Shown: piece after piece, positions 52,575 through 64,000 of the stretch
How the letters are laid out: each line of letters opens with the position of its first letter
Numbering within the stretch: position 1 is the stretch's first letter
Source of the DNA: Octopus sinensis
Taxonomy: Eukaryota
Assembly (NCBI RefSeq): GCF_006345805.1
Contig: NC_042999.1
Coordinates: 98,704,001-98,768,000, forward strand
Length of the DNA stretch: 64,000 nt
Direction: 5' to 3'
Program-made: the position numbers and the translations under genes
The notes under the pieces: generated by a model
Databases searched by the model: none
Told to the model about the DNA's origin: nothing
What the model saw: only the letters and a program-made list of their open reading frames with translations

Positions 52575-55260
52575 CATTGTTTTTGTTATCTACATTCCAC
52601 TGATAAAGCTTTGTATCTTTGTTAGAAGCCAGCTCCTTTCTTACAGGAAGACAATAAATAATTAAAAATAGAACTGCACACACACACACACACACATACA
52701 ACACACACACTTGCATACATGCAAACAAACAAGGAAGGTTAAATATATATTAGTTTATTGAAGATATTGACTGATATGTAACATCAGGAACACCAGTGAA
52801 AAATTTGAGCATATAGGTTGATTTGCGGGTAAAAAGTGAAGAAAAATTTGAAAATATTGAATATTATGAAGGTGATACAAGGAAGACTTAGTGCATGTGG
52901 AGTAAAGTGAAATTGCAAACAGTTAACCCCTGTCAGCATGACGACGATGATGATGATATGAACAATAAAACGATGATTTTTAACGGAAAAACTTTTACTA
53001 AAACAATGTATTTAAATTTTTTTTTTCTGTTTTCTTGAACTACTAAGATATTTTTCATACCCAAATATTCACAAACAATATATTTCTATAATAAATGAAA
53101 ATGTCACTAAATAACAATATACATGCGCTATTTAGAAAAATAAAAAAATCTCAATTATATAAAATAATTCATTTCAAAAAGAGAAAACCAAGAAAAAAAA
53201 AAAAAGTTGACCGTAGCTGCTTTAATTCCCAAAGAAAAATTTTCTTTTTCATTTCAATAAAATTTCCTTAAAATGTTTCTATATAAAGCAACATATTTCT
53301 CAATGTCTAGACCAATGTTTTTCAACCGGGATGCTGCTGCCAGCGCCTGGAGGTGTCACAAGATGGTCAGATTTAGTACATTAACCACTAATAGTAGTAA
53401 CAATAATAATTAATAATAGTAATAATAAAATGAAGCTTTGACACATGAAAGAATTCTATTTCTAAAATAATCCGAAAAGACCGCAGAAAAAAAAAACAAT
53501 TATAATTAAGGATTTGATGTATATGACTTTGGGTTTTCGTCATTGAAAATTAGATAGAATAACATTAGTTGCGATTATATAAGTTACTACAGCTGGTGAC
53601 AAGAAATGTCAGTCAAGTTGTTGTAATCAAGTAGTCTACCGTTTGTTGTGGTAGTAGTATCATTGACAGCCACTGTGTGGCACTAGTACCTTAAAACAGC
53701 CAATCAAAATCTTTTATTTAGGACGGCGCTAATATTATTCAATATGGTCGATTGTCATTTACTGCTAAATGACACCAAGAATGTATTTATATAGTAATTT
53801 TCCTAATTGAGTAGTTTTTACCTGACATGTGGTGTTGTCAGACAACGACTCTCCACTACACTGATACCAATATTAACGAATGTTGTCAACCGGTGTTTTA
53901 TTAAATACTTTCCCTGATATGAATTCCATTTAAATGCATGCGACAATTCCCGTATTGAAAAAATGACAGTTCACATGAATTTTTGGATAATAAAAAATTA
54001 TATATTAAAGATTTATACAATAAGGTGACCAAATCAATATGTCATTAATCCATTTATATATCGATTTATATTATTTAACTGTTTGCGTTGTATTACGCAT
54101 CTTCCGCTTTCTAGATGGCAAAGTTCTACGAGACGTGGCAGCGTTAATGTATTTGTTGCTTTTGACAAATTATAATTTAGAAAATTCGAGGTAAAAATTA
54201 TAAAACAAAATAACTTCAGCTAAATTCACAACTCTTCTCATTCGACGTTTGTATCTTTTTATAAAAAAAAGAACAAACTCCAATTCAGTTTTATTCCTGC
54301 TACTGATATGAACATTTAAAAAAACAAAGGTTATGTTTATAAAACTACGATTGTTTAAATCCACTTTCAAATGCTTATACAAACTAAAATCATTCCAAAA
54401 TCAATATAATTAAATCTAACTTTTGATTACATATATGTAAATATAACATTTCAGAATATATTTATATATCGATCATTAACAAGTGTGCAGGTGCGTTTTC
54501 CATCTGCACTCTTCGACTGTAGACTTGGACATTTCCGAGCATTGCTGCATAAAGAAATAAGCTCCTGATTTCAAAATATGTGCGTGCATAGGTGCACGCA
54601 CGTATGTGTATGCATGTGTATAGAAGCGTGCAGACATGCAACCTCTTGCATACGGACAAACGCGTGTTCAACCAGACACAGCACGTGTTTACTGGGGCAG
54701 ACAAAATTAGTAAATAACAAAGAATAAAAACAAATCGTTCAGTTAAGGGAAGGTGATTTATTCGGATAATATTTTATGAAAATTAAGCTCTTTTAGATAA
54801 GAGAAAATCCGGGCGATGTAGATTTCGTAAATGGAAATATTCTTTGTGATTTGACACAATAAAGACATTAACTGTTCAGGTAGCTCACCTACATTATAAC
54901 ACATCTTTAACTATCAACTGCCAGGTTAACGAGACAGGAAATTTCGTTCATTTCTCCATCTAGGAAGCTGTACTTTACATCTGTCATCATTTAGAATCAG
55001 CTATTCAGAATTCCAAAACGTGCAACAGTCGAGCTTATCAGTACCAATCGCTTGAAATTTATATTTTGACCATTTTGCATTAGTAGCATGGTCCGTGCAC
55101 TGCATATATTCATCCGTAGTAATCTCTTCTTTTCTTCAATAGTTTTCGTTCTGTATTTGTCTATTAGTTGCACTATAACGGTAGCTGTCTTCACCATTTA
55201 TTTATTTTTTATTTGGTCTGGTTAAGAGGTAAAACGGGCATCAGTCGGTCTGTCATTCAT

Positions 55261-55298
55261 TTACTTCGAAGAAGCATCAGCTTGCTGAATATTGTAGA
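55261..55298 (-). CDS. Putative exon 3 of the antisense ORF
   Basis: Long polypyrimidine tract ending CTAG| closes an 81-nt intron; (L)YNIQQADASSK*; possible internal donor GAA|GTAAAT at 55265. Confidence 0.25.
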
Positions 55299-55379
55299 CT
55301 AGTAGAGCGAGAGTGAAAGAAAAAGAGATGGAGAGAGGGGAAAAGAGAAAAACACGGAAAGAGAGGAAGAAGAAATTAC

Positions 55380-55508
55380 GCTTGTAAAGCAGGCACTGCA
55401 ATGCTATCCTGTTAGTCTTTTTGTTTTCCTTCTGCTCACAGGTTTTCTGACTGGCTTCGCTGTTGTCTTCCGTGTTATTTGTTAGTGATGATGATAATGA
55501 TGCTGGCA
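55380..55508 (-). CDS. Putative exon 2 of the antisense ORF
   Basis: Acceptor CACTAATTCCTCTGCAG| with a CTAAT branch point; open phase1-phase1 129-nt exon (M)PASLSSSLTNNTEDNSEASQKTCEQKENKKTNRIALQCLLYK; donor AGC|GTAATT. Confidence 0.3.
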
Positions 55509-56864
55509 CTGCAGAGGAATTAGTGACCAACAGCGACACACAGCACAGCGGCTGCTCTTTGGATCACCGTAAAGAATGAAATAGCCAGGAGCTGTCTCTA
55601 ACTCGCTGTTTATATGTAAAAAAATACCCAAACAAATCGTTAAACAGTTTCCATTCCATATTCACTACTGCTATTCAACTATTTATTTATCAATCTATTT
55701 AACTAACAGTTTCTCCCGACTCGCTGTAGCGTTAGTAATAGGTGTGTTTCGACATAAAACTCCTCTAAGCTGTCTCTCACATCCTCCCATTCCTCTTTCT
55801 CTTTCCGTCTCTCTCTTTCTTTCCATCTCTATCCGAGAATTTTCACTTTTTTATGTTACTTTCTTCTTCATCTAGACTCTGTTTACCATTAGTGGTTTGT
55901 ACTAACCCGACCATACAGACATCAAGCTGGAAATGTGTTATTTCTTCCATCAATGATAGCAAGCTTTTATCTAAAATTCCAAAATACGCACTGAATACCC
56001 TCGATTTCTACAAACAAATGGGCTTCATTCGTTGTTAGACGAAAATATTCACTCAACGCTCATTAGAATTCTATACATATACAAATGAAGGTTGCATTAA
56101 CGAAAAATATCGAGCGTTCAATCAGTCATTTTTCTATTCCGCTAAAGGTGTTTATTTTTAAATCGAACAGTTTCCAAATGGAATGATTTATCCGAAAGGT
56201 ATTCACCCTTTCAACACATCCAACATTTCAACAGTATTAATTATCTTTACCTCATTATACACCTTGATGCTTTCTCCATCTTTCTTTTAAATCTATATCA
56301 ACAACCACACACACGCACCAACATAGACATACGCTTGCATTGGAGCATTTCGTGCAATATATGCATATATACAACCAAAGAAATCGTTATAGACGACGTA
56401 TGTATATAGATATAAATTTGTACATGTATCACAATATATGTCTACCAGGTAGACGTATGCCTGTACAGGCACATACCACAACACCTCATTCGAAGTTAAA
56501 ACGGAACCTGTACTCCTAGGTTTTTTAAAATTATTTAAACAAAAAGGTGAAAAGAAATAAAACAAAAAAAGTAATAATTAAACTAAAAACAAGTGGCTAA
56601 TAAATTAGAAAGATATACAGCCGTCGTTAAGCTTGCTCAGGGAGTGTACGTAATATAATTGTACATACATATATACATCGATATATATATATATAATTTT
56701 AATATCGATATCTACCTATAACTTCATGACATAATTATAATTGCAATCTAGCCTGCTGTGTTCCAATATTTTCTGCTCTAGTGTCATTCATTTACACCCA
56801 AATAGACAACATTCGTTATGTTAGCGCTTATGGCACCAGTTGTCGCCTTGCAGAGGCCACTTAC

Positions 56865-56916
56865 TTGGGTATCTTAAGAAAAAAACAGAGAAGTAAAGAA
56901 TAAGGAGGACTGTCAT
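56865..56916 (-). CDS. Putative exon 1 of an antisense small secreted-protein ORF
   Basis: ATG at 56916 gives MTVLLILYFSVFFLRYP plus 1 nt, then a consensus donor CAA|GTAAGT. No homology recognised. Confidence 0.3.
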
Positions 56917-57010
56917 TATATTGGAAGATAACTGCAAAGCAAAAATTATTCTCCAAAAATCATTCAGCCTGGCGTCGTCTGGAGAGAGCGCTGCTTTAAA
57001 GGAAGAAAAT

Positions 57011-57127
57011 ATGTCCCACCGTTACAGTAAAAGGACAGAATCTTTACCCAATACCCTGTCAGGGGCCATGTTTGGAAATGGGCAACATTCGCAAGAGGAA
57101 AATCCTAATTATCTTGTTTACAAAAAG
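57011..57127 (+). CDS. RGS7: First coding exon of an R7-family regulator of G-protein signalling (RGS7/RGS6/EGL-10-like)
   Basis: MSHRYSKRTESLPNTLSGAMFGNGQHSQEENPNYLVYKK followed by a phase-0 donor AAG|GTAAGG. EENPNYLVYKK matches RGS7 ESPNMLVYRK, which precedes the DEP domain, and the intron position after this Lys agrees with my recollection of vertebrate RGS7. In-frame stop upstream at 56894-56896; candidate acceptor TTGCAG| at 56853. The next exon is not in the window. Confidence 0.8.
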
Positions 57128-57995
57128 GTAAGGTTACGTCTCTTCTATTACTCCTTCTTTAAAGAAACGTTGAGGAAGTACGGGGTGGCTGATCAGGGAC
57201 AGAAAGAGAAAGTGAAAGTTTGAAAAGTAACAAAGGCTGCATGGTGGTAGTACCGTGCACATTTTCCATTCTTATGTCTAAGACTTTCTCTCCGAAATTC
57301 CTCGTTCTATGATTCCCCCGCCTCGTATATAAATGTATAGTGCAGAGTTGTATTTATGCATTCAGGCATGTTGCAAGCTCATTTTCAAGGTTTTCTGCAG
57401 GACTTACAATATTATAAACGACTCCATTCCACTTGTTGTGAAGAATGAAGATTTTTATAAGAGAAATTTTAGTTATTGCATGTTTATTTCATTTAATTCC
57501 TCTGCTACTTTGTTATCTATTTGCTATACATCGAAGAAATGGAATAATGAAGAATTTATTAGAAAGCGTACCTTATTGGGGAGGAAAAAAATGGAATGAA
57601 AGAAATGAGTTTGATTTATCTGAATTATTTAGCGTGCTTTTCCCCCCCCAATTAATATTCATTTATTTACTCGTCTTCGTGTACGGTATCCCCTCTCTCT
57701 ATCTTTTCCTTTGAGTATCATTAGCTACAGATTTGTTCACACGATGACACTTAGATTTTATTATTTGTACATTTATATATTTTGAGGTGTCTATAAATGT
57801 ATTACTGTTCGGAAGAATTGTGTATGTTTTTGCTCTTAAATTCAGAGTCAACATACATACGTACACACATAGATACATACGTACGTACGCACGTACCTAC
57901 GTATATACATATATGTCTGTATAAGAATGTATAACGGTATGTAAATAATACATTGATATATGTTCATATAGTGTTCTGTCTCTCTCACTCTCTCT

Positions 57996-58062
<67 letters not shown>

Positions 58063-58134
58063 GGTAAGAAGATGAGATTGATATACTGAGAAGCAGAGAT
58101 ATTGTGCATGTACAATCTACGTATGAATCTCTGT

Positions 58135-58190
<56 letters not shown>

Positions 58191-59304
58191 GGGAATATAT
58201 AAGAGTATCTCTCTGTGCACGTATAGTTATACGCATACTTATATATGTGTGTGTGAGTGTGAATATATATATATATATGTATATTATATATTTTATATAT
58301 ACATGTGCGTGCGCGCGTATAAATATATATATATACACACATGTATATATTATATATGTGTATAGGTATGATATATGTATATACAACTTATATATGTATA
58401 CATATATATATATGTATGTGTGTGTGAGAGTGTATGTGTATATATATGTGAGTATGTTTGTATGTATGTATGTATATGAGTGAAATAAACATTAGAGTTG
58501 CTTTGACCCTCACAGAAACTGCAGGAGCTGCTTAGAGTTTCTGGAAGCTCTTCTAAAACCACTGCAATCTTGAAAATCATTCCATATCTTGGGGTCACAA
58601 ACGTTTTGCCCCTTAATCTGTACTCTTTACCCGAGTTGGGCTGTGAAGACGGAAAATAATCTTCACCTGAAGAATGGTTCCACCTGCGGTCTCTTATCAA
58701 CTGTAGCTACATTGATCTTGTTTCAGCTGCTGTGCTTGCCTCCCTGGTGGCTTTTTTCAGCTGTCTGGGTTTCAGACCTCTCTTCTGCAGGAACTATTAC
58801 ACCATTGCACAAGGAAAAATGAGGCTGCGTGCCATCCCTTGAGAAGGGCCCTCACTGCCCAAGTTGTGGTATTTGTTTTTTTATCTGATGGGAAATATCG
58901 AGTTGGTCCTACCAAATCACTGTGAATTAAAACCAAGATTATTGCATTTTGTTCTTCTGGAGAGCAAAAACATAACTACTTAGTGTGATGTTACCTCTAC
59001 TTCCTTTGAGGAGGTGAATCTATGGTTCATGTCTATGAGCATCTCTTGGTTTGAGGCTGAATGCAAAATAGAAAGCTGGTTCCCTGCTATAGTTTTCATT
59101 TTGGGAGCTTTGTTGTCTTCCCTTAGGAATCTGATAAAACTTTGGTGGTACTGGCTAGCGTTAGTTAGCATTCATTCTTTGTAGATGACACATACCTACA
59201 TATATATTATATATAATATCAATTTCATTTGGTTGGTCATGTGTTCACATGATATATAAATATCATTCTCAAAATAAATATCAAATGGAAATTGTAGTTG
59301 ATAT

Positions 59305-59600
59305 ACCTGTGCCGGTGGCACGTAAAAAGCACCATCCGAACGTGGCCGATGCCTGTGCCGGTTGCACATAAAAAGCACCAACCGATCGTGGCCACTGCCA
59401 GCCTGCCCTGGCACCTGTGCCGGTGGCATGTAAAAAGCACTCACTACACTCATGGAGTGGTTGGCGTTAGGAAGGGTATCCAGCTGTAGAAACACTGCCA
59501 GATCAGACTGGAAGCTGGTGCAGCCTCCTGGCTTCCCAGATCCTGGTCGAACAGTCCACCCCGTGCTAGCACGGAAAACAGACGGTAAACGATGATGATG
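59305..59600 (+). mobile_element. Young RTE LINE 3' UTR with triplicated motif and (GAT)n tail
   Basis: CCTGTGCCGGTGGCACGTAAAAAGCAC occurs three times; homologous to the reverse complement of 38695-38900. Confidence 0.8.
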
Positions 59601-59616
59601 ATGATATATATATATA

Positions 59617-59647
<31 letters not shown>

Positions 59648-59823
59648 GTATGTACACACACACACATATATATAATCTATTCTACATGCATATATATGTT
59701 GTTTATATACAAAGAGTATATAAGTGTGTATATATATGTATATATATATGTATAGTCTATTTCTCTCTCTCTCTATATATCTATATATACATATACATAC
59801 ATTTATATGTATGTATATATATA

Positions 59824-59867
<44 letters not shown>

Positions 59868-60057
59868 ATATGTATCTAACTATCTAATATATATATATAT
59901 ATGTATATATATATTATATAATCATCATTATCAGCATCATTTAAATCCATTCTCCTTGCTGGCATGGGTTGGAGACTTTGACCAGGGATGGTAAGCTGGA
60001 AGGCTGCACCAGACTCTATTCTGATTTGGCATGGTTTTCTACAGCTAGATGCTCTTC

Positions 60058-60090
<33 letters not shown>

Positions 60091-60095
<5 letters not shown>

Positions 60096-60252
60096 TTTAT
60101 TTAAAAGCAGCAGAAAATTCAACAAAACCTGTTACTCTGAGTTTCACGTTCGGGAACGGGGAAACTCAGAGAACAGGACTGTCCGATGAGGGAACTTGAA
60201 TCTCAGAGTAACAGGTTTTCTTGAATTTTCTGCTGCTTTTAAATAAAGCATA
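60091..60252. mobile_element. Near-perfect 61-bp inverted repeat containing hammerhead-like copies (Penelope-like terminus)
   Basis: Arms match at 58 of 61 positions by eye; three full or partial copies of GGGAACGTGAAACTCAGAGTAACAGG (one inverted, two direct). Confidence 0.7.
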
Positions 60253-60589
60253 TTACTCTACCACTGGTATTTGAGTACTCTTTTTTCCACCTTGTTTCAC
60301 ATTTATGTTTTGTTTACATCCGGTTATATATATATATATATATTATATATATATATATATATATAGTTGGCAGTTGAAACATGATTACAATGGCAGTGCC
60401 CCAGCATGGCCAGAGCCTCATGGCTAAAACATACTAAGGAATAAAAGAATATATACATATCTATCTATCTATATATATATTATACACATATTATATATAT
60501 ATATACTATATATATATTATATATATATATATATTATATATAATATATATATATTATATATATATGGTGTGTGTATATATATATTTATA

Positions 60590-60824
60590 CTTTTATTCTT
60601 TTACTTGTTTCATTCATTTTGACTGCGGCCATGCTTGAGCACCACCTTTTGTTGAGCAAATCGACCCCAGGACTTATTCTTTGTAGCCTAGTACTTATCG
60701 TATCGGTCTCTTTTGCTGAATTGCTAAGTTACGGGGATGTAAACACGCCAGCATCGTTGTCAAGCGATGTGTGGGGGACAAACACAAACAATACACCACA
60801 CATACACACACACACGCATATATA

Positions 60825-60872
<48 letters not shown>

Positions 60873-60920
60873 CATGTGGTTGGTAAGCAAGCTACTTACC
60901 ACACAGCCACTCCTGCACCT
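60590..60920 (-). mobile_element. SINE family B, internally deleted
   Basis: Reverse complement of the family B tail and head. Confidence 0.85.
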
Positions 60921-61064
60921 ATAGAAAAAATAGGAATGCTTCATGAATTTGTGTGTCATCCTGCGCAGGGCCATGCTATCTTCTCTGTATTGTTCCACTG
61001 TTAGAACATTTACTGCCATATGCCTCTATATGTTTATATATACATATATTTATATATATATGTG

Positions 61065-61097
<33 letters not shown>

Positions 61098-61132
61098 TTA
61101 TATATACACACATATATATATATCTATACGAG

Positions 61133-61163
<31 letters not shown>

Positions 61164-61660
61164 GTATATATATATATGTATGTATATATATATATGTATA
61201 TGATATAAACAAATAGAGATTTGACCCATCTGTATGGGTAACACTGTGAATAAAGCTTCATATGAACATCAACCTTTATATGTATGTGTATTTCAAGTGA
61301 TTTAATATAAATCAACTAAATACGCATAACTGCTACATAAAATGATGCTAAGACACTTATCCAGCAGAACGCATGTCAGAATGGGTTCCAGTGTAAAAAG
61401 TACTTAGATAAATTTTGAAGCTGTAGAATTCTCCATTTGTCCTTCTGATATCTTGATTTTATACATACACGTATATACAGACAACACACACATGCACACA
61501 TACACACACACAGACATGCACACACACATATCTATTTATGTTCAAAATTGAAGTGGGGATTAGGTGAGGATTAATAGAAATGATAATTATAAAGGGAACA
61601 CCACTCATCAGCCGTAGAAATCAAAATCAGTATAGTTTCAGTGAGCTGATAGACAGTGAA

Positions 61661-61706
<46 letters not shown>

Positions 61707-62130
61707 CTTATGAATATATGTAATATATATATGTGTGTGTGTGTTTATATGTATATATATATATATATATATAAACATATATATGCATGTATATTCTTAT
61801 ATTGTCCCTCCCATGCCAGCATGGAAAGCGTATGTTAAATGATGATGATATGTATGTGTGTAAGTGTATATATACAAGTGTACATGTATCTGTGTGTATG
61901 TATGTGTTTGTGTGTCTTTGTGTTTGTTCCTCACCACTATGTGACAGTCAGTGTTGGTGTGTTTACATCCCCATAACTTAGTGGTTTGGTCAAAGAGATC
62001 AAGAGAATAAGTATTAGGCTTTAAAAAAGTATATAACCATTCTTCAAGGTGGTACCCCAGCATGTTTGCAGTCTAATCATTGAAACACATAAAACAATAT
62101 ATATATATATATTCATTTGTTTCACAATGT

Positions 62131-62214
62131 CTACCTCTGATGAGTGCAGGGTTACATAATTGGAATGTTACCTAACAATCTGTTGAACCCCATGTGCGAA
62201 ACCAAGTGTAAGAT
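62131..62214 (+). ncRNA. Degenerate hammerhead-ribozyme-like motif
   Basis: CTGATGA at 62137-62143, stem II GTGCA-GGGTT/AACCC-CA-TGTGC, GAAAC at 62198-62202, GTA at 62208-62210; stem I is weak. Confidence 0.35.
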
Positions 62215-63389
62215 CTGCTGTAATGGCTATATAATGCTATACACCTTGATTAATATGTAATACAGTATATATATATATATATATATATACATATATTATG
62301 ATACATTTCTGTGTGTGTGAAAATATGTATAAAACACTCCAGCTAGTCAGCTTTCATAAGATAGTATGGTTTCATAATATTTTCTCTGCTTTCTCAAACT
62401 TTTATGTGTCTTGTGTAGTTCTGATCAGTCTTTGACATCTTGATATACTCTATTCTTGACCCAAGAGCGTATTAAATATAACAGCTAGAAGAAGTGAGTG
62501 CTGCACTCTTCTGACTGATACTCATTACAGTTGAGCTGGAAAGAGGAATGTAACCTATAGTGCCTTCCTTCAGGACATATCACACTACACTGTCTAGGAA
62601 CTGAACCCATCAGCTTATGACCATGAGCTGAACTCCATATCCACTTTGCCATCTGATTTTACAGATGTGTATGTATTTATATATATATATGTATATATTA
62701 TTATGTGTATATATATACACACAGAGACACAGACACATATATACATCTATACACAAATACACTTACGTAAATATATATATATATATATATACATACATAT
62801 GTATGTATGGAATTTGTTAAGGCAGATTTTCTACAGGTGTCTTCCTGTTGCCAATCCTCTCCTATTTCCGAGCAAGGTTTTATTTTCTTATAGTTTGACA
62901 TGTGTTTTTATGGAAAACCGAAAACGAACAACCTTGCTTGCATAAAATTGATGCTCACAACCATCAGGTAATGTCTTGAGAAGGATACATGCTAAGACAC
63001 ATATGCATGCACATGCAAGCACGCATATGCATGCATGTGTTTCATTGTCATTAATCATCACCATCATCTTCATCGTCATTTAATGTTGCTTACCATACTC
63101 CCATGTGAGGACACATTATATTTATATATATGTATAAGCTTGTGTATACATGTATATTTGTGTCCATGTTTGTCCGGCTCACCACTGCTTCACAACCAGT
63201 GTTGGTATGTTTACATCCCAGTAACTTAGTGGTTTAGCAAAAGTGATTGATAGAATAAGTACAAGGCTTTAAAAGAAAATAAGTACTGGAATCGATTAGT
63301 TTGACTACAAATTCCTTGAAGTGACACCCCAGTCTGATGACCACAGTCTAATGGAAGAAATAAAAAATAAAGGATATATATGCATAGAA

Positions 63390-63530
63390 GCAAGCATGAC
63401 TGTATGGGATGAAGCTTGCTTCCCAGCCATATGGTTCTGTGTGGCACCTTGGGCAAGTGTCTTCTATAGCCTTGGGTTGACCAAAGCCTTGTGATGGTAG
63501 ATGGAAACTGAAAAAAGCCCATTGTGTGTG

Positions 63531-63563
<33 letters not shown>

Positions 63564-63790
63564 ATCTATGTGTGTGTCTTTGTGTCTGTGTTTATCCTCC
63601 CATTACTGCTGACAACAGGTGTTGGTGTATTTATGTTCCTATAACATAATGGTTTGGCAAAAGAGACCAATATAATTAGTACCAGGCTTAAAAAAAAAGT
63701 CCTGGAGTCGGTGTGTTTGACTTAAACCTTTTGAGGTGATGCTCTAGCATGGGCGCAGTCGAATGACAAACAAATAAAAGAGTAAAAGAG
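63390..63790 (+). mobile_element. SINE family B, diverged
   Basis: Aligns with 5137-5561; 3' partial copies at ~61850-62090 and ~63160-63360. Confidence 0.8.
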
Positions 63791-64000
63791 TATAATATAT
63801 ATAATAATATAAATGAGTTAAGTATGTGACATGCTTTTGAATAACAAAAACAAATAAGGTTATATTAAATATACAAGATAAATTCTTGATTTTTTAAAAA
63901 ATTATTTCCATTTTTAGAGCTAGTTGAATTATTGCTTAATGGTATTTGGGATCAGCCTCAGATGAAAAGGGGAAATAATTTTGAAATTCATAAGTTCTCC

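Larger units (their letters stand above)
53300..57900. promoter_or_regulatory. CpG-retaining, nearly repeat-free promoter/5' domain of the RGS7-like gene
   Basis: About 30 CpG per kb at 54-55 kb counted by eye, versus ~1 per kb upstream; no SINEs; CCAAT box AGCCAATCA at 53698-53706; ETS-like CTTCCG at 54101 and YY1-like AGATGGC at 54113; donor GAG|GTAAAA after 54190. Confidence 0.65.

Noticed and set aside
61605-61611. CTGATGA on the minus strand
   Set aside because: No downstream GAAA or stems.
63334-63340. CTGATGA hammerhead core
   Set aside because: It is a mutated part of the family B SINE tail (CCAGCATGGCCACAGTC).
57128-64000. RGS7 second coding exon (DEP domain start, ME..I..MQ)
   Set aside because: Searched by eye and not found; presumably beyond the window.

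Overview
AT-rich, microsatellite-laden metazoan DNA, most likely from a coleoid cephalopod (Octopus-like). The species is inferred from the repeat landscape, not proven. About 0-53 kb is CpG-depleted and I could not identify a host gene there. It consists of four or five tRNA-derived SINE families, RTE, CR1 and R4/Dong-like LINE fragments, mariner and hAT relics, MITEs, an ~85-bp 28S rRNA fragment and simple repeats. About 53.3-57.9 kb is a CpG-retaining promoter-like domain leading into the one host coding exon I recognise: the first coding exon of an R7-family regulator of G-protein signalling (RGS7/RGS6/egl-10-like, + strand, 57011-57127), whose first intron runs off the window. The most interesting candidates are (i) an in-frame, spliceable antisense ORF with a signal-peptide-like N-terminus, head-to-head with RGS7, (ii) several unrelated hammerhead-ribozyme-like motifs in small non-autonomous retroelements, including a tRNA-headed SINE, and (iii) an orphan CpG-retaining island at 27-28 kb. 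Nearly all ORFs in the supplied track are microsatellite or transposon artefacts. All alignments and counts were done by eye.
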